Of a stretch of DNA of 64,000 nucleotides, positions 37,891 to 50,648 are shown piece after piece. The notes below the pieces were generated by a model, which saw only the letters and a program-made list of their open reading frames with translations, was not told the DNA's origin and ran no database searches. The position numbers and the translations under genes were made by a program. The stretch's first letter is position 1. The number at the start of each line of letters is the position of its first letter. Origin of the DNA: a virus; IMG/VR virus record IMGVR_UViG_3300028840_005764, positions 78,862 through 142,861 of that record. One strand, written 5' to 3'.

Positions 37891-40800
37891 GGTTATTCTC
37901 GTATGATGAGTTTTGAATCCGGTAGAGGAAACACTTCCGTATCCCTCTCAAGTATTTGTACATTTCCGCTTTCGACGAAACAAACGGCGAGAGATAGTTT
38001 CTTTTTTAGCCATTTATCTGTATCAAATACAGTTGTTGTTAAACCTTTTGTTCCAGGTTTACAATGATCTACACCAATTTCTTTTGGATTTATTAAAATT
38101 GCCGGCATTCTGCTGTCACCAACGTAAAAAACTTCTCCATATTCCATACTAAATAATTTTTTCTCTTTGTTTTTTGTTTTTTTTATAGTGATTTTCATCT
38201 TATTACTCCGTTGTGTCGTACTCTTTGTACCTCTGTCTTTCGGCTTTGTTTCTATATCTTTTCCACCAGCGTCTTGCCCGAGCCACATGCGTCGAATTAC
38301 AGCCCTTCTCAGGGCAAGGGTTCTCCCATCTCGGACCGTTATCATGGTATCTCTCTGTACCCCGGCGATGATTGGGGCCCTTGCTCATTGTGCCTGCTCG
38401 TAGCTGATCATTCTAGAACCTCGTGCAGCCACGCCAGCGTGTTACACAATTTGCACGGCTTGTTGGAATAGAAGTTATTGTCCCAGTCCCATACTCCGGA
38501 GACAGAATGCGCGTGCCCAGGGGCATTCTTGATGTTTGGCCTTGGTGGCCCCACCCACACCAGTGCCTCGGGCGTTCTCTTGGGACCGTGCTGGTTGCAG
38601 TACCAAGCGTCGAGAAACTCCAACACAGCCCCGCGCAGCCGTCCGTTCTCGTCGCGGAGTCTTTCGACCTCATACTCGAGACAGTCGACGCAAACGTCTC
38701 GGTCGGCCTCACATGTGCAAGCTGCTCCACCCATCACACTCCTCCTCGCCGCGTAGGGCGTCCTACAAACACGCTCATTCACCTATTTACTGCACCTGCT
38801 CGTCACACGCCGTGAGGCAATCACTGAGCTTGAACTCACAGCTGTTCCAGTAGTAGACGCTATTGGCATCGCGGCACGCGTCACGCTCCTCCACGCACTT
38901 TTTCTCGCACAGTTCTGTTGGCGTCATTGGCATGGGTTCGGGTACCGTGGCACACGACACAGGTAGAATTAGCGACAGTAGAGCAAGTTGGCGGCAGTGG
39001 TTATTCATCGTCTTGCTGAATTTCTATAATACAACCTCCTTCATACGAATATGGTAGATGGACTTCCTCGCCAGGAGCCACCGGAATTTGTGGGGATGCG
39101 TCTTCAGCCTGTACGAAGACCGGGTGCTCAGACTCGTTTCTCAGTTTGCGGCCGTTGTTCAGCAAGCGAAATCGATCGAAGTGCATTGGCATTTTGTCTC
39201 CTACGTCAGTTCCCAATAGAAGTTCATGGCCGTGAGGCCTGGTCTTTCTCCGTTCTTTGATGATGTACTGTGTATCACTTGTTCCCAACCAGCTTCCACA
39301 TATTTTTCGGCTACACGCTGTCTGACGTCATTTGAGTATTCGCCGCTTACGATAACTGTCATTGGATTTCGTATGGCTTGGTTATTTCTCTTTGCACATT
39401 GAACTAATTCTTTTATTTTTTCTTCAATCTCATTTATTAGTTTATCTACCATCGCGTATCTAGCTATTCCCCTAACTTCATCTGGGGTCGTGAGTTTGCG
39501 TTGGTTACTACGCTCTTTGATCCATTGCATCATTTTTGTGACTTCCAACATCATTTCTCGTTCTGATCTGCTCATTTTATTACCTTTGTTCGTCAGGGTT
39601 ACAATCAAATCTTTCGCACAGTTTTCTGGCGTTCATCTCACCTAGGCCAGTGCATTTCTGTATCAGCCAGTAGAGAGGAGCTGGCGACATGAACCGCACA
39701 GTACGTACAAGACCTTCAAGTATTTCTTCATCAGAAGGTTTTGTTTTAAAACGACGTACATGTTCAACGACGACGTCTCTGTTTCTTTGATAACGATTCA
39801 TAATGCTATTCCTCTGGGAAATGACCATATGCCATCAGGCACAACAAATCATTTCTAAGTTTTTCCGTCAGTTCGTTTTCCGGATGCTTGTTGATCCACA
39901 GGAGCTTAGCCACATTGTATGCAGCGGCGACTGGATCTTTCAATGAATACATTACTTGTTTTCTTGTATATCCAAGTTGTTCATACAACTGGAACAACAT
40001 TTCAATTCTATTCATCAATATGCCTCATTATTCTTTGGACGATGTTATTTCTGTACAGATAATCAGGGACTGAATTTGTTAATTCTGATCTGTATTCTTC
40101 ACACAATGTTTTAAGTTTTTTGTATTTTTTTATTACCAAAAATAATTCAGATATTTCATTTGGACTGAGTCTGACACCCTTCCCAACTTTTCTATTCTTG
40201 TGCATTCTTTCGAGCACAGGGCTCATATATGGCTTCTTTAGATTTACATACTCTTCTTGCAGGTATTTGACTTCTGCCTCGGCATTCGCGCATCGTACAG
40301 CCAATTCCTTGCACAAGGCATGGGCTCTTTCCAGGTCTTCTTGTTCCCTGGTCTTAGTGTGTTTGATTTTTTGTTGTTTTGCCCAGAGTTCCGACTGAGT
40401 ATCAGGATCTATTGGAGACATTTATTTATCCTCTTCCGCGTTTTTTATCACTGAAAGGACATTCAATTGAGTTTTTTTCAATAAATCTTCAATAATTTTC
40501 AATTGATTTCTAAGTATTTCTTGATCTTTTTCTAGATTTTTTATCCTATTTTGTAATGCATTTATGATTTTTTCATCATTTTCCATTTGTTTTAACCAGA
40601 TTTTCATAGAATTTGTGAGTATTTTCCTCTATTTCTTTTTGTTTTTCTTTAGGATATTCCCATAGATGACCGAATCTTTTATCTTCATTGCACTTAGCAC
40701 ATCTCCAGTATGGTGCCTCGTTATACAACTTCATCAGGATACTGCAGTTCAAACAGACAGGAGGCCCCAGTCCCATTACTTTTCCTTTCACTATACACCG

Positions 40801-41425
40801 ATTGCACTGGTTATTTTTCTATGTTCTTTGAACGCCGCATCATATGGCTCGCGTTTTTCTTTCCATAGCTTTACGTCTTCTGCCGTAATTTTCTTGTCAC
40901 CAGTCAAGTCTTTGAACCAAGACCATGTTTTTTCGTCATATGGATCAATAAATTTTTCTGCCATAGCTATATAATATCCGTCTTTAACCAATCCCATAAT
41001 GCAAGCATTGGTTATTTCGTATTCAAAAGCTGTTTTGTTCATAAGCACATAATCATCTTCGTTCCAAAACTCTTGGTCGCATGCGATTTCGATTTTCTTT
41101 GCAGAATGCGCGAGTCCGTTGAATGTACCTGACCGTAAATTAGATTTCAATTTTCTATTACGTAGTGTACATGTGATTTTCTTTATATGTTTTCGTAGAG
41201 AATTTGTATTGAATGGATGAGGCCCCATATCAGAAAGATATAGTGATAGTATTCTTTGTATTTGAGTTTGTGATATTTTCAATCCTTTATCAACAGTAAA
41301 GGACATTCCTTCCACTGTGAAATCAACTAATATTTTTCTAGTGATTAATGTTATTGTTAATATCATTACTGGTATCAATAAAATTGAAAATACAAAAACA
41401 ATGATAACTGCAACTGAAGCGGCGT

Positions 41426-41749
41426 TCATGTCAATAACCACCTGTTGACGTTTTTGCCAGTTCTTGTGCAGAGTATTTTACCATCTTGTTTCACTAGTTC
41501 CATACGCTCAAGTTCGCGCAGTTTTCTATGAACGTCACTGTGCTTTGGCGATACGTTACTCATCCAGATATTGATCTCGAATGCCGTCATTCCATTAGGA
41601 TAAATATTCTTATGTTTGTACATGGCCGAGTACACCTCGACCTGGCGTTCGGTAAGCTTGCCAGATGCTATCAGCTTGTTGTACGCCTCCTGCTGGCGTC
41701 TGCGTGCTTCGAGCACGTCACTGGTTGGTTCTAGTGTCATGGCCTCCAT
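41426..41749 (-). CDS. winged-HTH protein
   Basis: LTERQVEVY...GMTAFEI...RKLRELERMELV. Confidence 0.55.
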   Translation of the reverse strand: MEAMTLEPTSDVLEARRRQQEAYNKLIASGKLTERQVEVYSAMYKHKNIYPNGMTAFEINIWMSNVSPKHSDVHRKLRELERMELVKQDGKILCTRTGKNVNRWLLT

Positions 41750-44255
41750 CGGCTACTCCTTCGGGCAGCAGCGATACTCTGTGCCGCCATAATGGTTCCT
41801 GACATGACGCTCACAGTTCAAGCATACTTCGTTTGTGGGATCATCTCCACGCTCAAAGCGATGTGATTGTAGAGTCAGCATATTTGAACGAGCGTCTTGT
41901 TCCAGGATTTTCATGGCGTAGGAATTTGCTTGTTGTAGATCACTTAGCAATATTTTTGTAGTGCTATGTAATTTGCCAAAACTCGTATGGACTTCAATAT
42001 ATGTAACAATTTCTTCCGGCATAATAATCACCATTAACTACTGGCTTTGATGAATTTCTTCAGCAGCAGACGTAGTTTCTTTGCGTCTTCAACCGTCAGC
42101 ATGCACGGTACATAACCGTAGTCAATGCGTTGGGTACGTGAAAAAAGTATGGCTCGTTTCTTTTGTTTTGTGCAATGGCATAGATACAGAGTGCCTGTCT
42201 CTGTTTCTACTGCGCCATATGTTTTTTGACTCATATTTTACTCTTTGGGCTATCAGATACTATAATCTCTTTGGTGTCGCCACATTTTCGGCAGTAAAGC
42301 ATAGAGTATGTTATTGTGTGGTCATAGGCAGGGGTACCTAATCCAGTTGTTTGCCCATTCATTTTATAATAATTAGCTCTGACGATGTGGTATTCATGGC
42401 CTGTTTCTCTGCAACTTGCTGCTGTGTGTCCCATTAGTATTGTTCCTCCATATGATGTGTTATTCCAATACTATATGCGCTTTTAGCGGTATTACTATTC
42501 TTTCATTTGGTTCAAATTCTATCTGACCATCGTTTAAGCGAACTACTTGTGTCTTATCGCGACTGGCTGCTGCTTGTTTTTTGTTTGTTGGCTTTGATGA
42601 TATTTTCATGAATACATATAAATAATTATCGTCTTCATCTGGCTCTTCAGCTTCATAGTCCTCTAATTCATTTGGATATGTAAAAACTTCTCCATGTTTT
42701 ATTCGTTCTAAAGTGGCTGCTGGTTGCGTTACTCTTCTATCTTTCACCTGCATCTTTTTCTCCTCTTATAACAAATTCGTTTCTTATTGTATCAGTATTA
42801 TTCATTTTTTGTGTTGCTAACAAACAATAATAATGTGCTCCTATTGTGACACGTCGCCCTTTATGACCACCAGACTTGTAAGCAGGTCGCACCATGAGCT
42901 CACAATCTGTTTGATCTTCGCCACAAATAAAACATGTCAATGATGGATCGCCATCTTCATATATTTTCAATACTAGAGAATTTGTTAACTCTTGTTTGGA
43001 TCCTGACATCCTGCTTCCTTCAACATTCGCAGTATTTCAGGTGGGTCGCCCCAAGCTGGATCTAGATTATTTACTTTCAATATCGCCACCAATAATGACT
43101 TTGCCGGTAGATTTAAGCCCATTTAAAACTGTATCTAAATCCTTACCCTTGAATCGATGACGATGTTGATGTTCTGGCGCGTCGTCTTTGCCTAAAGCAC
43201 GCAACGCTCGTAATACAATCCAATTCTTGGAAACTTCTTGAGTATCTACTTTTTGCCAAATTTCTTCTAGGGCTTTTTTCATTCTGTCGTTTTTATCAAG
43301 CAAATCTCCATAATTTCTCCATGCATCACGTTCGTTGGCGGCGTGTTCAAAAGCTTCAAGTGCCTTGATCATCAGCTGAGCCAGAATGAAATCTGGAGTA
43401 TCAGATACATTTTCGAGCGTGTATGTGTTGATCAATTTTTCCAGATCTTTTCTGAATCCTTGGTTGCTCATGATCCACCTCAATACAGGACAGCCTCTAC
43501 ACCACCAACGATGAAACGTTTATTTTGTCCGAAAACTGTTTGGTCTAGCATACACACATTGATATTTTGTGGTGTAATACCATATTTCTTTTCAAACTCA
43601 TTAATAACATCTTGAATTACTCTAGATAGATCATGTTCTAGTTCTGCTTTGGCTTCTTTCAGCTGATTGATATGAACTGACAGATCCATTGTTAGCTCCT
43701 ATATCTATATTGGTGTTCTTACGGTTGCGCTCTTGAACGGCCAACCAATACATACATTGACCATTACTTTTCTACCATTTAGGTTTGTTGCTTTTACTTT
43801 ATATAATGCAGCATCATTTTTGTTACATCCTCTGAATCCGACGAGAAATATTGATTTATCAAGTATTTCAATATCTGTGAATCCTAGTATTTCCACAGCT
43901 TTTATAGCTTGGTCTTTTGTTGTACATGCGCCTCTAGCTAATGAAAATGATATTATTAATATAAGTGTTATGTAGAATATTGTTGTCGTTATAGATTGTT
44001 TTTTACGCATCAAATTTCCCGTTTATTATTGAATCTAATATTTTACACGCAAGGTGATCGGCATCAGTGAGTGTTATATCTCCAGGGCCATATCTCCATA
44101 TCATATCGTTTATTCCACGTTTTAATTCTGATACGTTGTCTGGTTCTAATTCTTTTGGTGTTGGTTCTGCTGATGTGGTTGGAGGAAATCCAAATCGTCT
44201 ACGTTCTGATTTAGAAAGCGCACCGGCAGGGCCGCCTTTTGGTGAATCGTCCATA

Positions 44256-44681
44256 TCAACCGCCTCCTGTTTCAGCCAAAATCTTCTTGTAATAACTCAC
44301 TAGCTCGTCGATATTTTCTTTGTTTTTGATGAGGCTCATGGCTTTCAGCGCACGTCTTTGTTCTTTGGCGTCAAGCCATTGATTATCTTTGTACTCTTTT
44401 TTCAAATCTTTCTTTTGTTCTCGGTACACATCAATCTCAGCGTCGATAGCGTTGATCGAGCGGATGAAGTCCGCGATGAGCTGTTCTTTGCTTCTGGATG
44501 TGTCTTCTGGCTCGGCTTCCGCCTCTTGTTGCAGCTTGGCGGCTATGGCCTTGCGCAGTGCTTTCTTCTTGGTGGTATCATCGTACGGCACGTCATAGAC
44601 TCGTGCCATTTTTTTAAGTTGTTTTTTTGAAAGTTCTTCAAGATTCTTTGGTATTTGATTCGTCATCATCAACCTCTTCAC
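44256..44681 (-). CDS. GapR/DsbA-like DNA-binding protein with N-terminal HeH-like module
   Basis: FIRSINAIDAEIDVYREQKKDLKKEYK; LSKKQLKKMA. Confidence 0.5.
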   Translation of the reverse strand: MKRLMMTNQIPKNLEELSKKQLKKMARVYDVPYDDTTKKKALRKAIAAKLQQEAEAEPEDTSRSKEQLIADFIRSINAIDAEIDVYREQKKDLKKEYKDNQWLDAKEQRRALKAMSLIKNKENIDELVSYYKKILAETGGG

Positions 44682-46720
44682 TCAAAATGAGTCTCAGCTT
44701 TGGTTGTTTGCCAGCCGGCGGAATTGGAGTGTCATGTGGTGATTCGTTTTCATAGTGTAGAAAAACTTTCAACCACTTCTTCTTGAATTCTTTCCAATTT
44801 ATGACCATTGTATTTCTTCTCTTTTATGACAATAATGTTCTATGATTTGTTCTTTTGTAAATTGGCTTTCATGGGGACCGGCCCGGTTGTTGGATATGAT
44901 CTCATCAGCAGTATCTCCATACATACTGCTGCTTCCGTTTTTTTCTACACGCGCAAGACGTTGTTCAAGTTCTGTAAGACCTCGTTTGCCATATTCTTCT
45001 TTATAGTATTCCTTGAATTCTTCTAACGACAAACCAAAAGTCGCTGGTGCGTCTACAACAGTAGACCACTCCATGTACCAGTCGTGTTCTCCGTCATTCA
45101 GCTTGATTATGAATCTGGGCATTCTTCTACCTCTGCCGCGTCTAACCACGCGGCATACGTGTGTTCAAATGTACCGTGATCATCGGGATGTAATTCTATT
45201 ATCATACCACTTTTGAGTATTACTTTAACTATTGTGCCACTACTCCATGAATCTGTTTTACTCATGTAATCGATATTATTGAATGGTATGATTGTTCCAA
45301 ATTTTGATTGGAAAAAATTGCTAGGCATCATCCCCCTCCCTTATCCAAAATTCGCACAGTTTGGAGAAGTGTTTGGTACTCAGGTATATTGGAAGATCTT
45401 TCACTGGTTTTTTATGATGTGCAAGATACGGGATGATATCCCAATCCTCTCCAGCCTCGAATCTTGAAGCTGCTGCACAAAGGATTTTTTGAGCTTTTTC
45501 TGGTTCGTTGAAAAATCTCAGTATGTTGTCTAGATTTTTCCATTCTTCTGCTATTGGCCAATCGACAACTTTGTCTTCTTTGCACCTGTCTCTTGCCGCG
45601 TTTTGAGACACTAGCGCATAGAAAATTCGTGTTCGTAGATTACAGTGGCCTATGGTCGGGGTCTTTGGCTTCTCTAATCCATATGCTTTGCCGAGCGCCC
45701 ACGCGTAGTTCGGGCAAATATTGACAAATGCCAGTGCATGGTGAAGATATGCTTCTCTGATTTCATCTTCTTCCAACTCCCCATATTTTGATTTCATTCC
45801 TTCTGAGCGCCACATTTGTCTGATCACGGCCAGAGCTGCATTGTCATTCATATCAGTCCCTCTTGTAGGTTTTCTCAATATAGTCTTTGGCTTCTTTTAA
45901 TGTCTGGAAGTTGTGTGTAGATACAGGCCCAAATGCACCGAAAATATCTTTGCCATAATCTAATACATAACCGTAGTTATATTTGTCGTCTTGAAAGAAA
46001 TGTCGGAAGTTGCCGCGAGGAGAACGCCATATTGGTTTCGATCTTTTTCTCATGGAAATTTTCTCCTACCGGCGTCATCTTTGCCATATTTATCAAGGCA
46101 ATAATCACACTCCTTATTACCACGAAATCCTTCTTCATCTAGAACTTGTTTTTCTAGTTCACAAAACCACCAACGAAGATTTTGTCGTGGTTCGTTGCTA
46201 AAACCATGCTCTACAGCAGACAAATTACTAGATGCAAATTTGCCGTATCTCATAAACTCAAGTGCTCGCATGACGCCGAATGCCTCACAGTACCATGGGC
46301 AATTGCAGGATAAAGAGACTCTGTCTGTGTCTTCACCGTGATTTCTGAGAGCGTCCCTGGACGCGTGTAGCAGTGCTTTGATAGTGCTTTCTGTTTCTTT
46401 GATTATGACATCTGTCAATTTTTTTAGTCTGACTGTTGACGTCAAGCCTTCGCGAAAGTATTTTGGTTTGTTGTTATTTGGTAATGAGCTCATTTATTAC
46501 CTCTCGATCGTATCGCCAGCTGGAATAACTTCTACTTCTATATATGGAAAATGTTTTTTTACATACGCCACACCACATCTATATGCAACATCAAACGATA
46601 ATGTAAGTGGTTCTATACTGACGTGCGCCGGGAATGGAGAAGGAAAATTAGTTTTTAAAAAGACTTTGTCAGTTGCGTGTGCCAGTATAACTGTGGCTTT
46701 AACAAATCGTAGACCGTACA

Positions 46721-47095
46721 TTATATTATTCCTATATATTTAAGTAAAGCCATGGCGATTAGAACAAATAATGATAATACACCAATTACAATACATATTA
46801 GAACGAATGCGACTATGATTTCTATTATTGTAAAACCTTTATTTAGATTTGATTTATTTCTTTTTATTAATTTCATTATCTCGTCTATCTTTACTTCTAC
46901 AGCTCCAGCGGCTATTGCTTTTTCTTGAAGCTGTTCATCAAGCTCATAGCAAGGATGTAATTTTGTATTTAAGAATTTCGAACGATCCAATCCAAGTTTT
47001 TCTTCAGCAAACTTATGAAGGAATTTGACATCACCATCAGATATTAGTTTTTGATTATGTATCATCATCTTTTTTGGGCGCGGATATAGCGGCAT
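46721..47095 (-). CDS. DUF4031-like domain followed by a prepilin-type helix
   Basis: LHKFAEEKLGLDRS.F...HPCYEL...AIAAGA; KGFTIIEIIV. Confidence 0.55.
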   Translation of the reverse strand: MPLYPRPKKMMIHNQKLISDGDVKFLHKFAEEKLGLDRSKFLNTKLHPCYELDEQLQEKAIAAGAVEVKIDEIMKLIKRNKSNLNKGFTIIEIIVAFVLICIVIGVLSLFVLIAMALLKYIGII

Positions 47096-47480
47096 CTTTT
47101 CCTCTGTTCTTTTTGAAGCAATTGCGTATTACTTGCATCTTCCAATATGTGTCAATCAGAATGCAAAGTTGACGTACAGATACATCTATTGTAGCTGTGT
47201 CGCCGTTCATGGTGCGCATGCCATAATCGGCTTCAGAAAGTAATCTCGTTATTTCTTTGTCATTGAGAGTGCTGTAATCTTGATCTCTAGCACATGTGAT
47301 GAGATTGACTAATTTCTTTTGATCGTTGTCTGATAGAAGCGGTGTTTCTATCTCTTTCAAATCTCCAGTTGAAATGTAGAACGTATGTGTTTTCGCACGT
47401 GGATATTTTTGTTTTTCCGCGTGTTTTTTTATTTTGTACGGCATGGCGATAACCTCCGACGGTTATATACCACAATGCCT

Positions 47481-48518
47481 TTATTTTTTTACTGACAAAA
47501 TGGCATCACGAATAGCGATTGCGAGATTGTAGGCGAGGGGTGGGGCCACTGAGTTTCCAATCTGCCCAAGAACAGAATAGATCGGGCCACTGAAAACGTA
47601 GTCCTTTGGGAATCCCTGGATGATTTTGATGTCCTCGAGCGACAGCCTGTAGCACCCGTGGTTCTTTCCTTGTACAGCCTTGTCCAGAGCATCCAAACGC
47701 GTCTTCTGGATGCCGTGTGCCCAAATCTGGAGCTTCTCCCACACGCCTTTGGCGTAGGCTGAGTTCATGATGGAGGTTGTTGGATTCTTCTTCTTGAGGC
47801 CAGAAGTCAATGTTGGTGCCAATGTGTCGAATCCGATGGCTGGCAATCCGAGAGCTTCGCGCACGCCCATCTCGAAGCTGTGTGTGGGTAACGGTATGTG
47901 GAAATTCTTCATAAATTTCTTATTTCTGAACCCAATGAAAAACACGCGTTGTCGATTCTGTGGGCATCCGAAATCGTTGGCGTGCAACAAGCATTTGATA
48001 GTAGTGTACTTTTCATCTCTTGCCGGGATGAATATCTGCTCGCGCACGTACTCGTAGAAGCGATCGGAGAGAATGTTGGGGACATTTTCAATCAAGAAGA
48101 TTTTCGGTCGTAGTGTTTTGACGATCTGCATGAACGCAGGGATCATGTCGCGTTCATCATCACCCCCCTTCAGCTTCCCATTTTTCGAGAACGGTTGGCA
48201 CGGAGGGCCGCCAATGATGACATCTGGTTTGTCATATTTTCTGAAATCTGTTTCCGTCACATCGCCATGAACCTTGATTTTTTGATGGTTTAGGCGAAGT
48301 GTGTTGGCTGATTTGTCGTGGGTCTCATTGAAGCAGAGGATGTCGAAGCCCGCGCGAATGAACCCTAGATCCAGTCCGCCACATCCGCTGAATAACGATA
48401 TGGTTTTGATGCCGTTTTTTTTCAATTGTTGAATGAAATCACCAGGTTCAATTTTCGGTGTAGGAACCTTATAATTTTGTTTCATTTTCTTCGTTTTTGG
48501 TCTAGGTTTTAGTTGCAT
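47481..48518 (-). CDS. DNA cytosine-C5 methyltransferase
   Basis: SLFSGCGG, GGPPCQ, ENV, Q.R.R, QIGNSV. Confidence 0.95.
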   Translation of the reverse strand: MQLKPRPKTKKMKQNYKVPTPKIEPGDFIQQLKKNGIKTISLFSGCGGLDLGFIRAGFDILCFNETHDKSANTLRLNHQKIKVHGDVTETDFRKYDKPDVIIGGPPCQPFSKNGKLKGGDDERDMIPAFMQIVKTLRPKIFLIENVPNILSDRFYEYVREQIFIPARDEKYTTIKCLLHANDFGCPQNRQRVFFIGFRNKKFMKNFHIPLPTHSFEMGVREALGLPAIGFDTLAPTLTSGLKKKNPTTSIMNSAYAKGVWEKLQIWAHGIQKTRLDALDKAVQGKNHGCYRLSLEDIKIIQGFPKDYVFSGPIYSVLGQIGNSVAPPLAYNLAIAIRDAILSVKK

Positions 48519-48585
48519 TTGTCACTTCCTCCTTGACTATTAGCAGTATAGTCGGCTAAATTAGCCTAGTCAATGTTAAAAATTC

Positions 48586-48616
48586 TTGACAAATGTTTCC
48601 TAGGTGATGGTATATA
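48586..48616 (+). promoter_or_regulatory. promoter at the strand switch
   Basis: TTGACA followed by TGGTATATA; the same TGGTATA(TA) element lies upstream of several - strand units. Confidence 0.5.
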
Positions 48617-48635
48617 GAAAAAATTGAGGTAAAAC

Positions 48636-49049
48636 ATGTCAGAGATCTGCACCTACGTTGAGTTCTACTTTTCCGGTATGCTCTTTCCTGAAGTATCACG
48701 TCAGGAGATGGATTCTGATGACTACCGTGAAGTGCGGCAAGACATGCCAGGAAGGTCATATGCCTTTGCATTCAACAGAATTGAAACGATCACCGTTGAA
48801 TTCTCAAATGGAGTCAGACGAAAAATTACGCAAAGTCTTGGAAGAAGTCCTATTTATTATCCGGATGGAAAGGTTTTTAGCATTGCAGAGATTAAAGAAC
48901 AAAAACCTGATTCGGTGTTGTATAGAAATATGTGTGTGAATGATTGGGATGCAGTCGTTTGCACAAAGCAAGGTAATTACCAGCATTTAGAAGAAGGTGA
49001 TGTAGTTTTTGGTGAGAATTATAGCTTCACGTATAAGAGACGAAAATGA
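48636..49049 (+). CDS. hypothetical protein
   Basis: GAGG RBS after promoter. Confidence 0.55.
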   Translation: MSEICTYVEFYFSGMLFPEVSRQEMDSDDYREVRQDMPGRSYAFAFNRIETITVEFSNGVRRKITQSLGRSPIYYPDGKVFSIAEIKEQKPDSVLYRNMCVNDWDAVVCTKQGNYQHLEEGDVVFGENYSFTYKRRK

Positions 49050-49228
49050 GTTGGAAGAGCGGTACTGAATTATATGAAGCAATAATGGACGCTTTGCGTA
49101 AAACAGGATTGTCTCACGAGGCGTTTGCTGATGCTGGTTGGGATTGTGAATACGAATGCAGAAGAGTGGACCAAGCATACGATGAAGCTTTAGACGAATT
49201 GTATCCAGATATGGATTGGGGTGATTGA

Positions 49229-49302
49229 AGCGGGATGGCGCAGTTGGATAGCGCGCCGGACTCATGATCCGGTGGTCGGGGGTTCGAGTCCCCCTCCCGC
49301 AA
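49229..49302 (+). tRNA. tRNA-Met(CAT), initiator-like (1:72 mismatch)
   Basis: CCGGA-CTCATGA-TCCGG. Confidence 0.85.
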
Positions 49303-49305
49303 TAT

Positions 49306-49379
49306 GGACCGGTAGCTCAGTAAGGTAGAGCAGCTGACTTTTAATCAGCATGTCGTGGGTTCAACTCCCGCCCGGTTCA
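49306..49379 (+). tRNA. tRNA-Lys(TTT)
   Basis: GCTGA-CTTTTAA-TCAGC. Confidence 0.9.
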
Positions 49380-49445
49380 AAAAAACTTGTGAAGAAAAAT
49401 CAATGCTGCGGTATATAGGTAGCAGTGATAAAACGGAGGCAGAAG

Positions 49446-50198
49446 ATGGCAAAGATGCATGAATTGTTGGCAGTCGAATCGGATCTCGCCGGCAACTACA
49501 AGCGGGTGAGAGACGAGGGGATCAACACCCTCAGCAAGAAACCAGATCACTTCTTCGGGCATCACAAATCGCTGTTGATGTTCGATGAGTCGCGCAAGAA
49601 CGAAGAAGCGAGTGCCGAGCAGCACAAAGAGATGACTACCACGGTCCACGATAAGATCGATTGGGTGAATGACTCGGCCATCAACTACTTCGACGCGCTT
49701 CTGCAGAAGGAATCCACGAATCAGACGGCGAAGGCCGATCTCGTGGTGGATGGCAAGACGATGGCGAAGGACGTGCCCGCGACGTTTCTTCTGGGTATGG
49801 AGACGAAGCTTCGTGAAGTTCGCCAGCTGTATGAAGCCGCGCCTACGTTGCCGCCGGGTGTGAAGTGGGAGCATGCGGAGCAGGATGGCCGCGGGGTGTG
49901 GCGCACAGCCAATCCCGAGGTCACGGAGAAGACGGAGAAAACTGTCGAGCACAAGATCATTGTGCCGGCCACAGACAAGCACCCAGCACAAGTTGAGAAG
50001 TGGACTGCGAACAAGGTCATCGGCCAATTCACTACGACCAAGGTCAGTGGTGCGTGGACCGTGGCGCAGAAGGCGGATTGCCTGGGGAGGATTGACAAAC
50101 TCTTGCGTGCAGTGAAGAAGGCTCGGCAGCGCGCGAACACCGTCGAGGTGGTTGAGCGTACCGTGGCCAAGGAACTCTTCGACTACATCTCGGGGTAA
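49446..50198 (+). CDS. coiled-coil protein (DUF7873-like), upstream of a large ncRNA
   Basis: MAKMHELLAVE, VPATFLL, ATDKHPAQV, AVKKARQRAN. Confidence 0.7.
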   Translation: MAKMHELLAVESDLAGNYKRVRDEGINTLSKKPDHFFGHHKSLLMFDESRKNEEASAEQHKEMTTTVHDKIDWVNDSAINYFDALLQKESTNQTAKADLVVDGKTMAKDVPATFLLGMETKLREVRQLYEAAPTLPPGVKWEHAEQDGRGVWRTANPEVTEKTEKTVEHKIIVPATDKHPAQVEKWTANKVIGQFTTTKVSGAWTVAQKADCLGRIDKLLRAVKKARQRANTVEVVERTVAKELFDYISG

Positions 50199-50199
50199 C

Positions 50200-50632
50200 C
50201 CGGGTGTAATACAAGGGCAGCTTTGTTGTGAGCGTCAGTCTCAGCTTCCAAGACAAGAATGCGGCCGTGGTTGTTGCCACGGTTAGACGCTTGTCGACAT
50301 CAGCGTATTGCCCACCAGCACGGCTGGTTCAGGACTCGAGAGATCGGTGCCGAGGTCAAAATTCCACCCTGGTCGTTGGTTCGATCCCAACCCTTGCCTC
50401 CAATGTCACGCGCGAGCGCCGAGGTGTTCGTGCTGTGGGTGCCATTCGTGGTGCCCACTTTTGGCAAGGTAACTCAGTGGCAGAGTCAGGGCCCAACAGC
50501 ATGAACCTAGGTACTCGAATCAGAACGAGGCAGGAGCGAAGCCAAACTAGAGTAAACGTGTTGGCCCAATATGGTAGGGCAGTGGCTCAACAAGCTACGG
50601 GTTCCGGGTTCGAGTCCCGGATACGTTGCCAA
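50200..50632 (+). ncRNA. large structured RNA with a permuted tRNA-like domain and a second T arm
   Basis: nested long-range pairings; T arm and CCA precede the 5' acceptor strand and D arm. Confidence 0.7.
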
Positions 50633-50648
50633 AAACTCTATTCACTTA

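Larger units (their letters stand above)
37893..47444 (-). other. block of ~30 small, mostly AT-rich hypothetical ORFs
   Basis: densely coupled - strand ORFs. Confidence 0.65.

Noticed and set aside
50200-50632. Two-piece tmRNA
   Set aside because: The acceptor lacks G3:U70, a full D arm is present, and no tag ORF is evident.
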